The notes beneath the pieces are model-generated. The model did not search any database. It was not told where the DNA came from and saw only the letters and a program-made list of their open reading frames with translations. Positions 38,270-50,073 of a stretch of 62,845 nucleotides of DNA are shown piece by piece. Each line of letters begins with the position of its first letter. Position 1 is the first letter of the stretch. Source of the stretch: Thermoanaerobaculia bacterium (GTDB taxonomy: Bacteria > Acidobacteriota > Thermoanaerobaculia > UBA5066 > Gp7-AA6); the NCBI GenBank assembly GCA_035500755.1, contig DATJXB010000045.1, positions 1 to 62,845 on the forward strand. Reading direction: 5' to 3'. The position numbers and the translations under genes were made by a program.

Positions 38270-38536
38270 TCAGGCGCCGTGCTTCCGGAGCTCGTCATCG
38301 AGCTGCCGCGTGAACTGAAATTCGCGCTCCGTCTCCGACAGATTCTTCCTCTTGGCCAGCGCCGCGCGAACCTTTTCCTCGAGTGTGTCGAGCTCGTTGT
38401 AGCTGTCGGTCAGCTCGCGGACCACTGCCCTGCGGGCCGTCTCGTCGTCGCTTTTCTGCTCGAGGTTCCGATTCTCCTTGAGGCTCTTCAGGATCACCCT
38501 CGAGAGGTACAGGATCCGATCCGCCGAGACCTTCAT
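38270..38536 (-). CDS. DUF507 family protein
   Basis: 88 aa from ATG 38536, which overlaps the upstream stop (ATGA). MKVSADRILYLSRVILKSLKEN...QLDDELRKHGA matches my recollection of the DUF507 pattern. The rest of track ORF 38270-38845 is an off-frame extension. Confidence 0.65.
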   Translation of the reverse strand: MKVSADRILYLSRVILKSLKENRNLEQKSDDETARRAVVRELTDSYNELDTLEEKVRAALAKRKNLSETEREFQFTRQLDDELRKHGA

Positions 38537-39156
38537 GACGGCCTCCCCCCTCGCAACTCCTCCGAGAACGGGTGTCGGAAGAGCTGCTCGATGACCGGAG
38601 CCGGAAGCGCCGCGACGTCGGCGCCCATCAGGGCCGCGTCGAGGACGTGGATCGGGTTGCGAGCTTCGGAAACCAGGATCTGGGTCTGGAAGCCGTAGTT
38701 GTCGTAGACGCGGATGATCTGCTCGACGAGATCCATGCCGATCGTGCCGACGTCGTCGAGCGCCCCCACCGACGGCGCGACGTAGCTGACGTTGGCCTTG
38801 GCCGCGATCAGCCCCTGAGCCATCGAATAGCAGCCCGCCGCGCACGTGGCGATCTGGTCCTGGGCAAACAGGCGCGCGACCCGCATGCCCTCGGGCTTGA
38901 GCGGGAGACGGATCACGATGTCCTTGCCGAGCTTGGCGAGCTCACGGCCCTCTTTGTACATCCCCTTCGGATCTTCGGATTGGGTCTCGACGAGCACCGG
39001 GCCGTCCGTCAGCGAGGCGAGCTCACGGACGGCCTTTCGGTACTCGATTCCGGCGGCTTCCGCGCCGGCCAGAGACACCCAGGCGCCGTCGAGAAGGCCC
39101 AGGTCCTTGACCCGGCGGGCGTCGTCTGAGCTCGCGCTGTCCAGAAAGAATCGCAT
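38533..39156 (-). CDS. Transaldolase / fructose-6-phosphate-aldolase family protein with non-canonical active site (Arg in place of the Schiff-base Lys)
   Basis: 207 aa. Collinear with short (class 3B) transaldolases: MRFFLDSA..., EGRELAKLGKDIVIRLPL, YVAPSVGALDD, QTQILVSEARNP. The VKIP lysine is IRLP here, and GVTTNPS is GAWVSLA. Confidence 0.8.
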   Translation of the reverse strand: MRFFLDSASSDDARRVKDLGLLDGAWVSLAGAEAAGIEYRKAVRELASLTDGPVLVETQSEDPKGMYKEGRELAKLGKDIVIRLPLKPEGMRVARLFAQDQIATCAAGCYSMAQGLIAAKANVSYVAPSVGALDDVGTIGMDLVEQIIRVYDNYGFQTQILVSEARNPIHVLDAALMGADVAALPAPVIEQLFRHPFSEELRGGRPS

Positions 39157-39234
39157 GGGGCGGGGATTCTATATCCGGGCCGCCGCAGGGCACGCCGGCG
39201 ATGGCGACGCGGTCGCGGACGTAGACTTCTGCGA

Positions 39235-40293
39235 ATGCCCGCTCGTCGTGGCCGCCCCCTGGCGGCGCTCGGGATGCTCGCGCTGGCTCTTCCGGCGGTT
39301 GGCCAGGTCATCGAGCCCGAGGGCTGGCAGAACGTCGGCCCCGCTTACGAAGACGTCCGCTCGATTTCGCTCGCTCCGGACGCGCCCGAGACCCTCTACG
39401 CGGCCGCGACGAATCCGCCGACGACCGCCAGCGGCCTCTTCAAGAGCACCAACGGGGGAGGCTCCTGGAGGCTTCTCGCCGGCGCCTTTCCGGGGGAAAC
39501 CGCGGATGTCGTGCGCGTCGATCCAAGGGTCCCCGCGCGTGTCTTCGCGACGACGGTCCGGCCGACGGGGGAGTCGTCGTTCTCGACCCGGATCTACCGC
39601 TCCGTGGATGGGGGCGCGACCTGGACCGCGGCCGCCGATCTCGAAGGCCGAGGGGGCAGCTTCGCCTTCGATACCGCCGCGGCCTTCCGCGTCTACTTCG
39701 CGAGCGGCGCCGGGCCGCTCTACGCGAGTGAGGACACCGGCGTGACCTGGCAGCTGCGAACGTCGGACCACCGATACCCGGTCGCCGCGGGCCCGGGCGG
39801 CTGGCTCTATGCAGGCGGGCCGGATGGCGTGACCGTTCTTCGAAGCGGCGACTCGGGGAACAACTGGAGCCCGCTCCCGCCGCTGCCGTGCCGGACGATC
39901 TATTTCCCGACGGTTCAGACCCTGGCGCTCGATTCCGAAGGGCGCCTCTACGTCGGGTCCGGCCAGACACGAATGACCTTCGTCGATTGCGCGGCCGTCC
40001 TGCGTTGGAACGTCCAGAGCGGATGGGAGGTCGTGGCGCCGTTTGCCGCCCGATCGCTCGCCTTCGATCCGGCCGATCCGACGCGGGCCTACGCGATTGC
40101 GTTCGGACCCGGGTATGCGCAAGTCCGGCGAACCGTCGACGCCGGGAACAGCTGGGATGCTCTGAGCGCCTCCGGCGAGTTCGACGCCGTGGAGCTCGCG
40201 CTGTCGGCCTCCGGGCGCCGCCTGTACGCCGCCGCCCCGACCGGGATCTATCGCCTGGACATCCGCAAGCCGCGCGCCCTGGATCCGCGCTGA
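39235..40293 (+). CDS. Secreted BNR/Asp-box repeat beta-propeller protein
   Basis: 352 aa with a signal peptide. Five SxDxGxxW-type Asp-boxes: STNGGGSW, SVDGGATW, SEDTGVTW, SGDSGNNW, TVDAGNSW. Confidence 0.75.
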   Translation: MPARRGRPLAALGMLALALPAVGQVIEPEGWQNVGPAYEDVRSISLAPDAPETLYAAATNPPTTASGLFKSTNGGGSWRLLAGAFPGETADVVRVDPRVPARVFATTVRPTGESSFSTRIYRSVDGGATWTAAADLEGRGGSFAFDTAAAFRVYFASGAGPLYASEDTGVTWQLRTSDHRYPVAAGPGGWLYAGGPDGVTVLRSGDSGNNWSPLPPLPCRTIYFPTVQTLALDSEGRLYVGSGQTRMTFVDCAAVLRWNVQSGWEVVAPFAARSLAFDPADPTRAYAIAFGPGYAQVRRTVDAGNSWDALSASGEFDAVELALSASGRRLYAAAPTGIYRLDIRKPRALDPR

Positions 40294-40308
40294 AGCGGCG
40301 GCAAAGAC

Positions 40309-42954
40309 CTAGTCGTCCTCGTCGTCGTCGTCGTCGTCGAGGAAGTCCTCGCTCGTCGTCTTGCCCTTCTTGCCCTTGCCTTTTTCCTCGGCCGGCGGCG
40401 CCGCGGGGAGAGAAGCCTGCGGCTCCTCTTCGGTCTCGTCGGGCTCGGCGAGCTTCGCCACGCCGACGACCCGGTCGCCTTCCTCGAGCTGAATGACGCG
40501 CACGCCCTGCGCCGCCCGGCCCGTCTCGCGGATGTCCTTGACCTTGATGCGGATGAGCTGTCCGCGCTGCGTGATGAGCAGGAGCTGGTCGGCGTCGGTG
40601 ACCGACTTGATGCCGGCGACGGGGCCGTTCTTCTCGGTGACCTTGACGTTGATGACGCCCGAGCCGCCGCGGCCCTGGAAGCGGTATTCCTCCACACCCG
40701 AGCGCTTGCCGTAGCCGTATTCCGTGACGGAGAGCAGCTGCGCCTTTTCGTCGACGACGTCCATCTCGACGACCTCGTCGTTGCCCTTCTTGAGCGTGAC
40801 GCCGATGACGCCGGTCGTGTCGCGGCCCATCGGGCGGACGTCTTTTTCGGAGAAGCGGATCCCCATGCCCTGGCGCGTGCCGATGAAGATCTGGTCGTCG
40901 CCCCCGGTGATCCGCACCGAGAGCAGCGAGTCCCCCTCTTCGAGGTTGATCGCGATGATGCCGCCCGAGCGCACGTTCGAGTACATCGACAGCGACGTCT
41001 TCTTCACGACGCCGTTCTTCGTCGCGAAAATGAGGTAGCGGTCCTCGGGGAAGTCCTTGGTTGCCGCCATCGCCACCATCCGCTCGTTCGGCCCGAGCGA
41101 GAGCAGGTTGACGATCGCCTTGCCGCGGGTCGCGGGTCCGAGCTGCGGCAGGTCGTAGACCTTGATCCAGTGCATGCGGCCACGCGACGTGAACGCGAGG
41201 ATGTACGCGTGCGTCGACGCGACGAACAGGTGCTCGACGAGGTCCTCTTCCCTCATCGTCGCGCCGATGCGGCCTTTGCCGCCGCGGCGCTGGGCGCGAT
41301 AGAGCGACAGGGGAGAGCGCTTGATGTAGCCGCCGCGGGACACGGTGATCACCATGTCCTCTTCGACGATCAGGTCCTCGATGTCGATCTCCGAGGCCTC
41401 GGCCACGATCTCGGTGCGCCGCTCGTCGCCGAAGGCTTTCTTGATGCCGGTCAGCTCCTCGACGATGATGTCGAGCACGAGCTTCTCGGAGCCGAGGATC
41501 TCGCGCAGCTTCGCGATCAGCGCGAGGACCTCCTTGAACTCGGCGACGATCTTCTCGCGCTCGAGTCCCGTGAGGCGGTGCAGGCGCATGTCGAGGATCG
41601 CCTGCGCCTGGACGTCGTCGAGCTTCAGGGCCTGGCTGCCCTTGCCGCCCTCGTCCGAGAGGTCGGACCCGATGAACTTCTCGAGGGCAGCCCGGGTCAT
41701 CGAGACCTCGGCCATGAGGCGTTTCTTGGCCTCCTGGGGGTCCTTGGAGGCCCGGATGATCTTGATGACGAGGTCCAGGTTGGCCAGGGCCAGCGCGAGG
41801 CCGCGCAGCAGGTGCGCGCGCTCCTCCGCCTTCTTCAGGTCGAACTGGGTCCGGCGGATGACGACGGTCTTGCGGTGGTCGACGAAGTGCCGCAGCAGGT
41901 CGTGGAGCGGCAGCACCCGCGGCTGGTTCTCGACGATCGCCAGGAAGATGATGCCGAACGAGCTCTGCATGGGGGTCAAGGCGTAGAGCTTGTTCAGGAC
42001 GACCTGAGCGTTCTCGCCGCGCTTCAACTCGACGACGATGCGCATGCCCTCGCGGTTGGACTCGTCGCGCAGGTCGGCGATCCCGTCGAGCTTCTTGTCG
42101 TTGACGAGCTCGGCGATGCGCTCGATGAGCTTGGCCTTGTTGACCTGGTACGGGATCTCCGTGACGACAATCGATTCCTTGTCTCCCCGCGCGGCCTTCT
42201 CGACGAGCGCGCGGGCGCGCACCTGGACCGTTCCACGGCCCGTCTTGTAGGCGTCCTTGATCCCCTGGGCGCCGTGGATGAAGCCGGCGGTCGGGAAGTC
42301 GGGTCCCGGCAGCTTCTTCATGAGCTGGCCGAGGGTCGCCTCCGGATGCTTGATGAGCTCGATCGTCGCGTCGACGACCTCGCTCAGGTTGTGCGGCGGG
42401 ATGTTCGTGGCCATGCCGACCGCGATGCCGGTCGACCCGTTGACGAGAAGGTTCGGGAACCTGGCGGGCAGGACCATCGGCTCGACGAGCGAGCCGTCGT
42501 AGTTGGGCGTCCAGTCCACCGTCTCCTTGTCGATGTCGTCGCCGAGGAGCTCGGCCGACAGGCGCGTCAGGCGGACCTCGGTGTAGCGCATCGCCGCGGC
42601 GTTGTCGCCGTCGATCGAGCCGAAGTTGCCCTGGCCGTCGACGAGCGGGTAGCGCAGCGAGAAGTCCTGCGCCATGCGCACGACGGAGTCGTACACGGCG
42701 CTCTCGCCATGTGGGTGGTATTTGCCGAGGACGTCGCCGACGATGCGCGCGGACTTGCGGTACGGCTTGTTGTGGAGGTTGCCCTGCTCCCACATGCCGT
42801 AGAGGCAGCGGCGGTGGACGGGCTTCAGCCCGTCGCGGACGTCCGGGAGCGCCCGTCCGATGATGACGGACATGGCGTAGTCGAGGTACGACCGCCGGAC
42901 CTCGTCCTCGATCGTGACCGGGATCTTCTCTTCGGGAGTCAGCAGGTTTGCCAT
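40309..42954 (-). CDS. gyrA: DNA gyrase subunit A
   Basis: 881 aa from ATG 42954 ([19 protein letters not shown]...). DGLKPVHRR, active-site AAMRYTE, and a C-terminal beta-pinwheel with acidic tail DDDDDDEDD. Confidence 0.97.
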   Translation of the reverse strand: MANLLTPEEKIPVTIEDEVRRSYLDYAMSVIIGRALPDVRDGLKPVHRRCLYGMWEQGNLHNKPYRKSARIVGDVLGKYHPHGESAVYDSVVRMAQDFSLRYPLVDGQGNFGSIDGDNAAAMRYTEVRLTRLSAELLGDDIDKETVDWTPNYDGSLVEPMVLPARFPNLLVNGSTGIAVGMATNIPPHNLSEVVDATIELIKHPEATLGQLMKKLPGPDFPTAGFIHGAQGIKDAYKTGRGTVQVRARALVEKAARGDKESIVVTEIPYQVNKAKLIERIAELVNDKKLDGIADLRDESNREGMRIVVELKRGENAQVVLNKLYALTPMQSSFGIIFLAIVENQPRVLPLHDLLRHFVDHRKTVVIRRTQFDLKKAEERAHLLRGLALALANLDLVIKIIRASKDPQEAKKRLMAEVSMTRAALEKFIGSDLSDEGGKGSQALKLDDVQAQAILDMRLHRLTGLEREKIVAEFKEVLALIAKLREILGSEKLVLDIIVEELTGIKKAFGDERRTEIVAEASEIDIEDLIVEEDMVITVSRGGYIKRSPLSLYRAQRRGGKGRIGATMREEDLVEHLFVASTHAYILAFTSRGRMHWIKVYDLPQLGPATRGKAIVNLLSLGPNERMVAMAATKDFPEDRYLIFATKNGVVKKTSLSMYSNVRSGGIIAINLEEGDSLLSVRITGGDDQIFIGTRQGMGIRFSEKDVRPMGRDTTGVIGVTLKKGNDEVVEMDVVDEKAQLLSVTEYGYGKRSGVEEYRFQGRGGSGVINVKVTEKNGPVAGIKSVTDADQLLLITQRGQLIRIKVKDIRETGRAAQGVRVIQLEEGDRVVGVAKLAEPDETEEEPQASLPAAPPAEEKGKGKKGKTTSEDFLDDDDDDEDD

Positions 42955-42964
42955 CGCCGCCGGC

Positions 42965-46502
<3,538 letters not shown>

Positions 46503-46516
46503 TCGGTTCCTTTGCC

Positions 46517-47629
46517 TCAGAGGCGCATCGGCATGACGACGTAGGTGTAGCGGGACGCGCCCTCGATGCCGCCCTCCGGCTGACACAGGCACTGCGTGTT
46601 CTCGTCCTTCAGCTCCAGGCGAACCTTCGCCGACTCGGCCTCCTCGAGAAACTCGAGGAGATATTGCGCGTTCAACCCGATCGACAGCGGATCGCCCTCG
46701 AAGGCGACGTCGAGCGTCTCGGTGCCCTCGCCGAGCTCCTGGCTCGCCGACGCGACGGTCAAAACGCCCTCCTCGAGCGAGAGCTTCACGCCGCGTGAAC
46801 GCTCGGAGGAAAAGAGAGACACGCGGCGGATCGCGGCCTGGCAGGCCGCCGTGTCCACGGTCGCGACGCGGTCGTTCGACTTCGACAGGATCTTCTCGTA
46901 GTCGGGGAAGTTCACGTCGAGCAGCCGCGCGATCAGCTGGCGGTTGCCGACCGTGAAGAGCAGGTGGTTTTCGGAGTGCCGGATCTCGAGCCGGGTGTCA
47001 GCGCCCCCGTCGATCTTCAGGATCTCGGCCAGGGCCTTCTTGGGGATCAGGACGTTGGGCAGCGTCGCTTTGGCGTCCTCTTTCGGGAAGTCGATCAGGG
47101 CCAGCCGATGGCCGTCCGTCGCTACGAGCTCGAACTCCTTCCCCTTGTCCTTGAGCAGGGCCCCCATGAGCTGGAAACGTGTCTCCTCGGCTGAAACGGC
47201 GTATAAAACCTTACGGGTCAGTCTTTTCCATAGATCGAGAGGGAATGAAACCCCCTTCTTGGCCTCGACCTTGGGCACGGTCGGAAAGTCCTCGGACGGC
47301 TGGGCGACGAGCCGGAAACTGGACCTCTGGCACGTCACGCCCAGGTAGTGGTTTTCCATGAGCTTCAAGGCGACGTCCGCCTCGGGAAGATTCCGGATCA
47401 GATCGAACAGCTTCCGGGCTGGGACCGTCACGCTTCCGGGCCTGGAGACCTTCGCCTCGGCCTGGGAGAGGAGGGTCAGGTCGAGATCCGTCGAGGTCAG
47501 ACTCAGGTGTCCATCGGCCGCTCGCAGGAGGATGTTGGAGAGGATCGGAATCGTGTTCTTCCTCTCGACGACCCCTTGCATGAGCGTGAGCTCATTCAAA
47601 AAGTCTCCCCGTTTGACGGTCAATTCCAT
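46517..47629 (-). CDS. dnaN: DNA polymerase III beta sliding clamp
   Basis: 370 aa. MELTVKRGDFLNELTLMQGVVERKNTIPILSNILL with typical three-domain length. Ends ...YVVMPMRL. Confidence 0.95.
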   Translation of the reverse strand: MELTVKRGDFLNELTLMQGVVERKNTIPILSNILLRAADGHLSLTSTDLDLTLLSQAEAKVSRPGSVTVPARKLFDLIRNLPEADVALKLMENHYLGVTCQRSSFRLVAQPSEDFPTVPKVEAKKGVSFPLDLWKRLTRKVLYAVSAEETRFQLMGALLKDKGKEFELVATDGHRLALIDFPKEDAKATLPNVLIPKKALAEILKIDGGADTRLEIRHSENHLLFTVGNRQLIARLLDVNFPDYEKILSKSNDRVATVDTAACQAAIRRVSLFSSERSRGVKLSLEEGVLTVASASQELGEGTETLDVAFEGDPLSIGLNAQYLLEFLEEAESAKVRLELKDENTQCLCQPEGGIEGASRYTYVVMPMRL

Positions 47630-47856
47630 GCGAGTTTTCTACCTCCGGACAGAGAAAAAAGTCTATCACATTTAACCGTGTTTGTAGGCGCGATCAAAAA
47701 TCCAGGACCTCGATAAAAGCCAATAAAACCGGGCCTAAAATGCACATCGTCTCTGTGGATCGGCGGCGTCAACTTCCACAGAAGCGCGGCGGCGCGTTGG
47801 CCTCGCGCGCGTGCGGAAAACCGCCGCAGTGGAAAAAAACGGCGAGGCCTTTCTCG
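47630..47856. other. Candidate oriC module (dnaA-dnaN intergenic): AT-rich unwinding region plus DnaA-box-like 9-mers
   Basis: 47641-47740 is conspicuously AT-rich for this genome (runs aaaaaa, aaaaa, ataaaa, aataaaa, taaaa). Box-like sites: TGTGGATCG 47754-47762, ACTTCCACA 47772-47780, AGTGGAAAA 47828-47836. Confidence 0.55.
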
Positions 47857-49179
47857 CTACCGGTGGGCCTGCAGAAACCCGTCGACGACCCTGCGGAAAT
47901 CCTGGTCGTCTTCGATCATGCGCTCGATCTTTTCGACCGAGTGCATGACCGTCGAGTGGTGCTTGTCGTTGAAGAGGCGGCCAATCTCCGGGTAGGACAG
48001 ACTGGTCAGCTTCCGGCAGAGGTACATGGCCACCTGGCGCGGAAAAGCGACCGGTTTGGCGTTGGACCTGGCCTTCATGTCGGAAACCCGGAGGCCGTAA
48101 TGGGACGCGACAGCCTTCAGGATCTCGGAGGGGACGGCCTTGTGCTCCTCGGTGCCGACGATGTCCCGGAGGGTCTCGCGGGCAAGCTCGACAGACAGGG
48201 GCTTTCCGGTCAGGGAAGAGAAGGCGATGACCCGGTTCAGCCTCCCCTCGAGCTCCCGGACGTTCGATTTGACCGTTCCGGCGATGAACAGGGCCACGTC
48301 GTTGGGGACGTCGACTTTTTCGGCCGCCGCCTTCTTGCGGATGATCGCGACTTTCATCTCGAGATCGGGGGGCTGGATGTCCGCAATCAGGCCCCACTCG
48401 AATCGGGAGCGGAGTCTCTCCTCGAGTGTCGGGATCTCCTTGGGCAGCGCGTCGGAGGTGACGACGATCTGCTTCTGGGCGTCGTGGAGGGCGTTGAAGG
48501 TGTGGAAAAACTCTTCCTGCGTGGAATCTTTGCCGGCGATGAACTGCACGTCGTCCATCAGGAGCACGTCGAGCTCACGGTAGCGGCGCTTGAACTCGTG
48601 CATGCGCTCGAAGCGCAGCGCGTTGATCAGGTCGTTCAAGAAGCGTTCTGCCGAGAGGTACAGCACGCGCGCGTCGGGATTGCGCTGGAGGACTTCCTGC
48701 GCGATCGCGTGCATCAGGTGCGTCTTCCCGAGGCCGACGCCGCCGTAGAGGAACAGCGGGTTGTACGAGCGCGACGGCGATTCGGCCACCGCGCGCGCGG
48801 CGGCGTGCGCGAACTGGTTGGAGGATCCGACGACGAAGTTCTCGAACGTGAAGCGCGGGTTGCTCGTGGTGGTGCGCTCGGAAACCGGGACGACGGCCGC
48901 GGCGCCCGGGCCCGAGTCGGCCGCATCGGCGCCGGAAGACTCGAACCGAATCGCGATTCCCGGAAAACCGGCATCCGCCGCTTCGCGGGCGAGCAGGCCG
49001 CCGTGCCGCGACTCGATCCATTCGGCGAAGACGCGCGAGGGAACCGAGACGGTGAGCATGCCGGCACCCGATGCCGTGTCGAAGCCGACCTGGCGCGTGG
49101 GGCCGAACCAGGTCTTCAGCTCTTTGGCGTCGAGCTTGCCTTCCAGCTGCTTGAGGATGGAGCTCCAGATCTCGGTCAT
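47857..49179 (-). CDS. dnaA: Chromosomal replication initiator protein DnaA
   Basis: 440 aa. Walker A GGVGLGKTHLMHAI, and domain IV with KPVAFPRQVAMYLCRKLT and HHSTVMHSVEKI. Confidence 0.97.
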   Translation of the reverse strand: MTEIWSSILKQLEGKLDAKELKTWFGPTRQVGFDTASGAGMLTVSVPSRVFAEWIESRHGGLLAREAADAGFPGIAIRFESSGADAADSGPGAAAVVPVSERTTTSNPRFTFENFVVGSSNQFAHAAARAVAESPSRSYNPLFLYGGVGLGKTHLMHAIAQEVLQRNPDARVLYLSAERFLNDLINALRFERMHEFKRRYRELDVLLMDDVQFIAGKDSTQEEFFHTFNALHDAQKQIVVTSDALPKEIPTLEERLRSRFEWGLIADIQPPDLEMKVAIIRKKAAAEKVDVPNDVALFIAGTVKSNVRELEGRLNRVIAFSSLTGKPLSVELARETLRDIVGTEEHKAVPSEILKAVASHYGLRVSDMKARSNAKPVAFPRQVAMYLCRKLTSLSYPEIGRLFNDKHHSTVMHSVEKIERMIEDDQDFRRVVDGFLQAHR

Positions 49180-49191
49180 CGCGAAGTCCGG

Positions 49192-49222
49192 ATTTCCACA
49201 AGATTTCCACAGGTGTGGAAGG
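49192..49222. promoter_or_regulatory. Cluster of three DnaA-box-like sites upstream of dnaA
   Basis: ATTTCCACA at 49192-49200 and 49203-49211 (direct, 11-nt period), and inverted TGTGGAAGG at 49214-49222. They begin 13 nt upstream of the dnaA ATG. Each matches TTATCCACA at 7 of 9 positions. Confidence 0.6.
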
Positions 49223-49303
49223 CCTGCGGCTTACCGGGGAGCGGGAGTATATAGCTCTCGGCTCGCGCCTCTCAGTTTTTACCTGAGCGCCCGACCGCTC
49301 TTC

Positions 49304-49332
49304 TTGACTTCCGGCCCCCCCGCGCTTAGGCT
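49304..49332 (+). promoter_or_regulatory. Candidate rpmH promoter
   Basis: TTGACT (49304-49309), a 17-nt spacer containing a C7 run, then TAGGCT (49327-49332). The -10 ends 11 nt before the rpmH ATG, so the leader would be very short. Confidence 0.3.
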
Positions 49333-49343
49333 TCGCCCTCTTT

Positions 49344-49478
49344 ATGAAGCGCACCTATCAGCCCAACAACCGGCGCCGCAAGCGCACGCACGGCTTCCTC
49401 GTTCGCATGCGGACGCGGTCGGGCCGGGCGGTCCTGTCGGCTCGCCGCCGCAAGGGGCGCAAGAAACTCACGGTGTGA
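49344..49478 (+). CDS. rpmH: 50S ribosomal protein L34
   Basis: Below the ORF-track size cut-off. Hand translation gives [44 protein letters not shown] (44 aa), the canonical L34 sequence pattern. Confidence 0.9.
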   Translation: MKRTYQPNNRRRKRTHGFLVRMRTRSGRAVLSARRRKGRKKLTV

Positions 49479-49858
49479 ACTCGGGCCCGGCCGTTTCCGA
49501 GGGCTTCTCCCGGGACGACCGCCTCCGTAAACGCAGGGAATTCGAAGAGTGCTACGCCTCCGGGGTGCGCGTTTCCGGACGACACCTGCAGGTCTTCCTG
49601 CTCGCGGCGACGGGTCCCGCGGCGCGAACGCGCCTCGGCGTTTCGGTGCCGCGCCGCGTGGGGCACGCCGTCGCGCGCAACCGGGTCCGGCGCCGTCTCC
49701 GAGAGATTTTTCGCCGCAACCGGCCGCTCTTCGGGGCGGCGAGGGTTTCGGTCGTCGTCAACGCGCGGCCTTCGGCGGCGCAGGCTCCCTTTCGAGAGCT
49801 GACGGAGGACTACGCGTCGGCGGTCGCTCGGGCGCTGCCGCGTCTGAAGCGTCCGTGA
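49475..49858 (+). CDS. rnpA: Ribonuclease P protein component
   Basis: 127 aa from GTG 49475, overlapping the rpmH stop (GTGA). [17 protein letters not shown] and the basic RNR-like block [17 protein letters not shown]. Conserved position after rpmH. Confidence 0.85.
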   Translation: MNSGPAVSEGFSRDDRLRKRREFEECYASGVRVSGRHLQVFLLAATGPAARTRLGVSVPRRVGHAVARNRVRRRLREIFRRNRPLFGAARVSVVVNARPSAAQAPFRELTEDYASAVARALPRLKRP

Positions 49859-50073
49859 CGGCCGGCACGCGCGTGGCGATCGCGCTGCTGGACGCTTACA
49901 AGCGTTTCCTCTCGCCGCTCTTGCCTCGAGCCTGCCGCTTCGAGCCGACCTGTTCGGTCTACGCGCGCGAGGCGATCGTGCGGCATGGGTTCGGCCGCGG
50001 CGCGGTGCTCGCCATCAAGCGCCTCGCCCGCTGCCACCCGTTCCACCGCGGCGGCCTGGATCCGGTGCCCTGA
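49855..50073 (+). CDS. yidD: Membrane protein insertion efficiency factor YidD
   Basis: 72 aa from GTG 49855, overlapping the rnpA stop (GTGA). [27 protein letters not shown]...[14 protein letters not shown]. Confidence 0.85.
   Translation: MTAGTRVAIALLDAYKRFLSPLLPRACRFEPTCSVYAREAIVRHGFGRGAVLAIKRLARCHPFHRGGLDPVP

Noticed and set aside
39440-42793. 1117-aa same-strand alternative-frame ORF overlapping gyrA. Analogous off-frame ORFs lie over gyrB (42939-44588), the SCO/dehydratase region, and hslV/S41 (11229-12953 upstream part).
   Set aside because: These are off-frame readings of well-supported genes, with extreme Arg/Pro/Gly composition. The track's longest-ORF rule also fuses real genes with upstream non-coding frame. 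I trimmed the starts of FAH, hslV, DegT, the acetyltransferase, SCO, the dehydratase, pdxT/S, the crotonase, DUF507, gyrA/B, recF, rnpA, yidD and mnmG accordingly.
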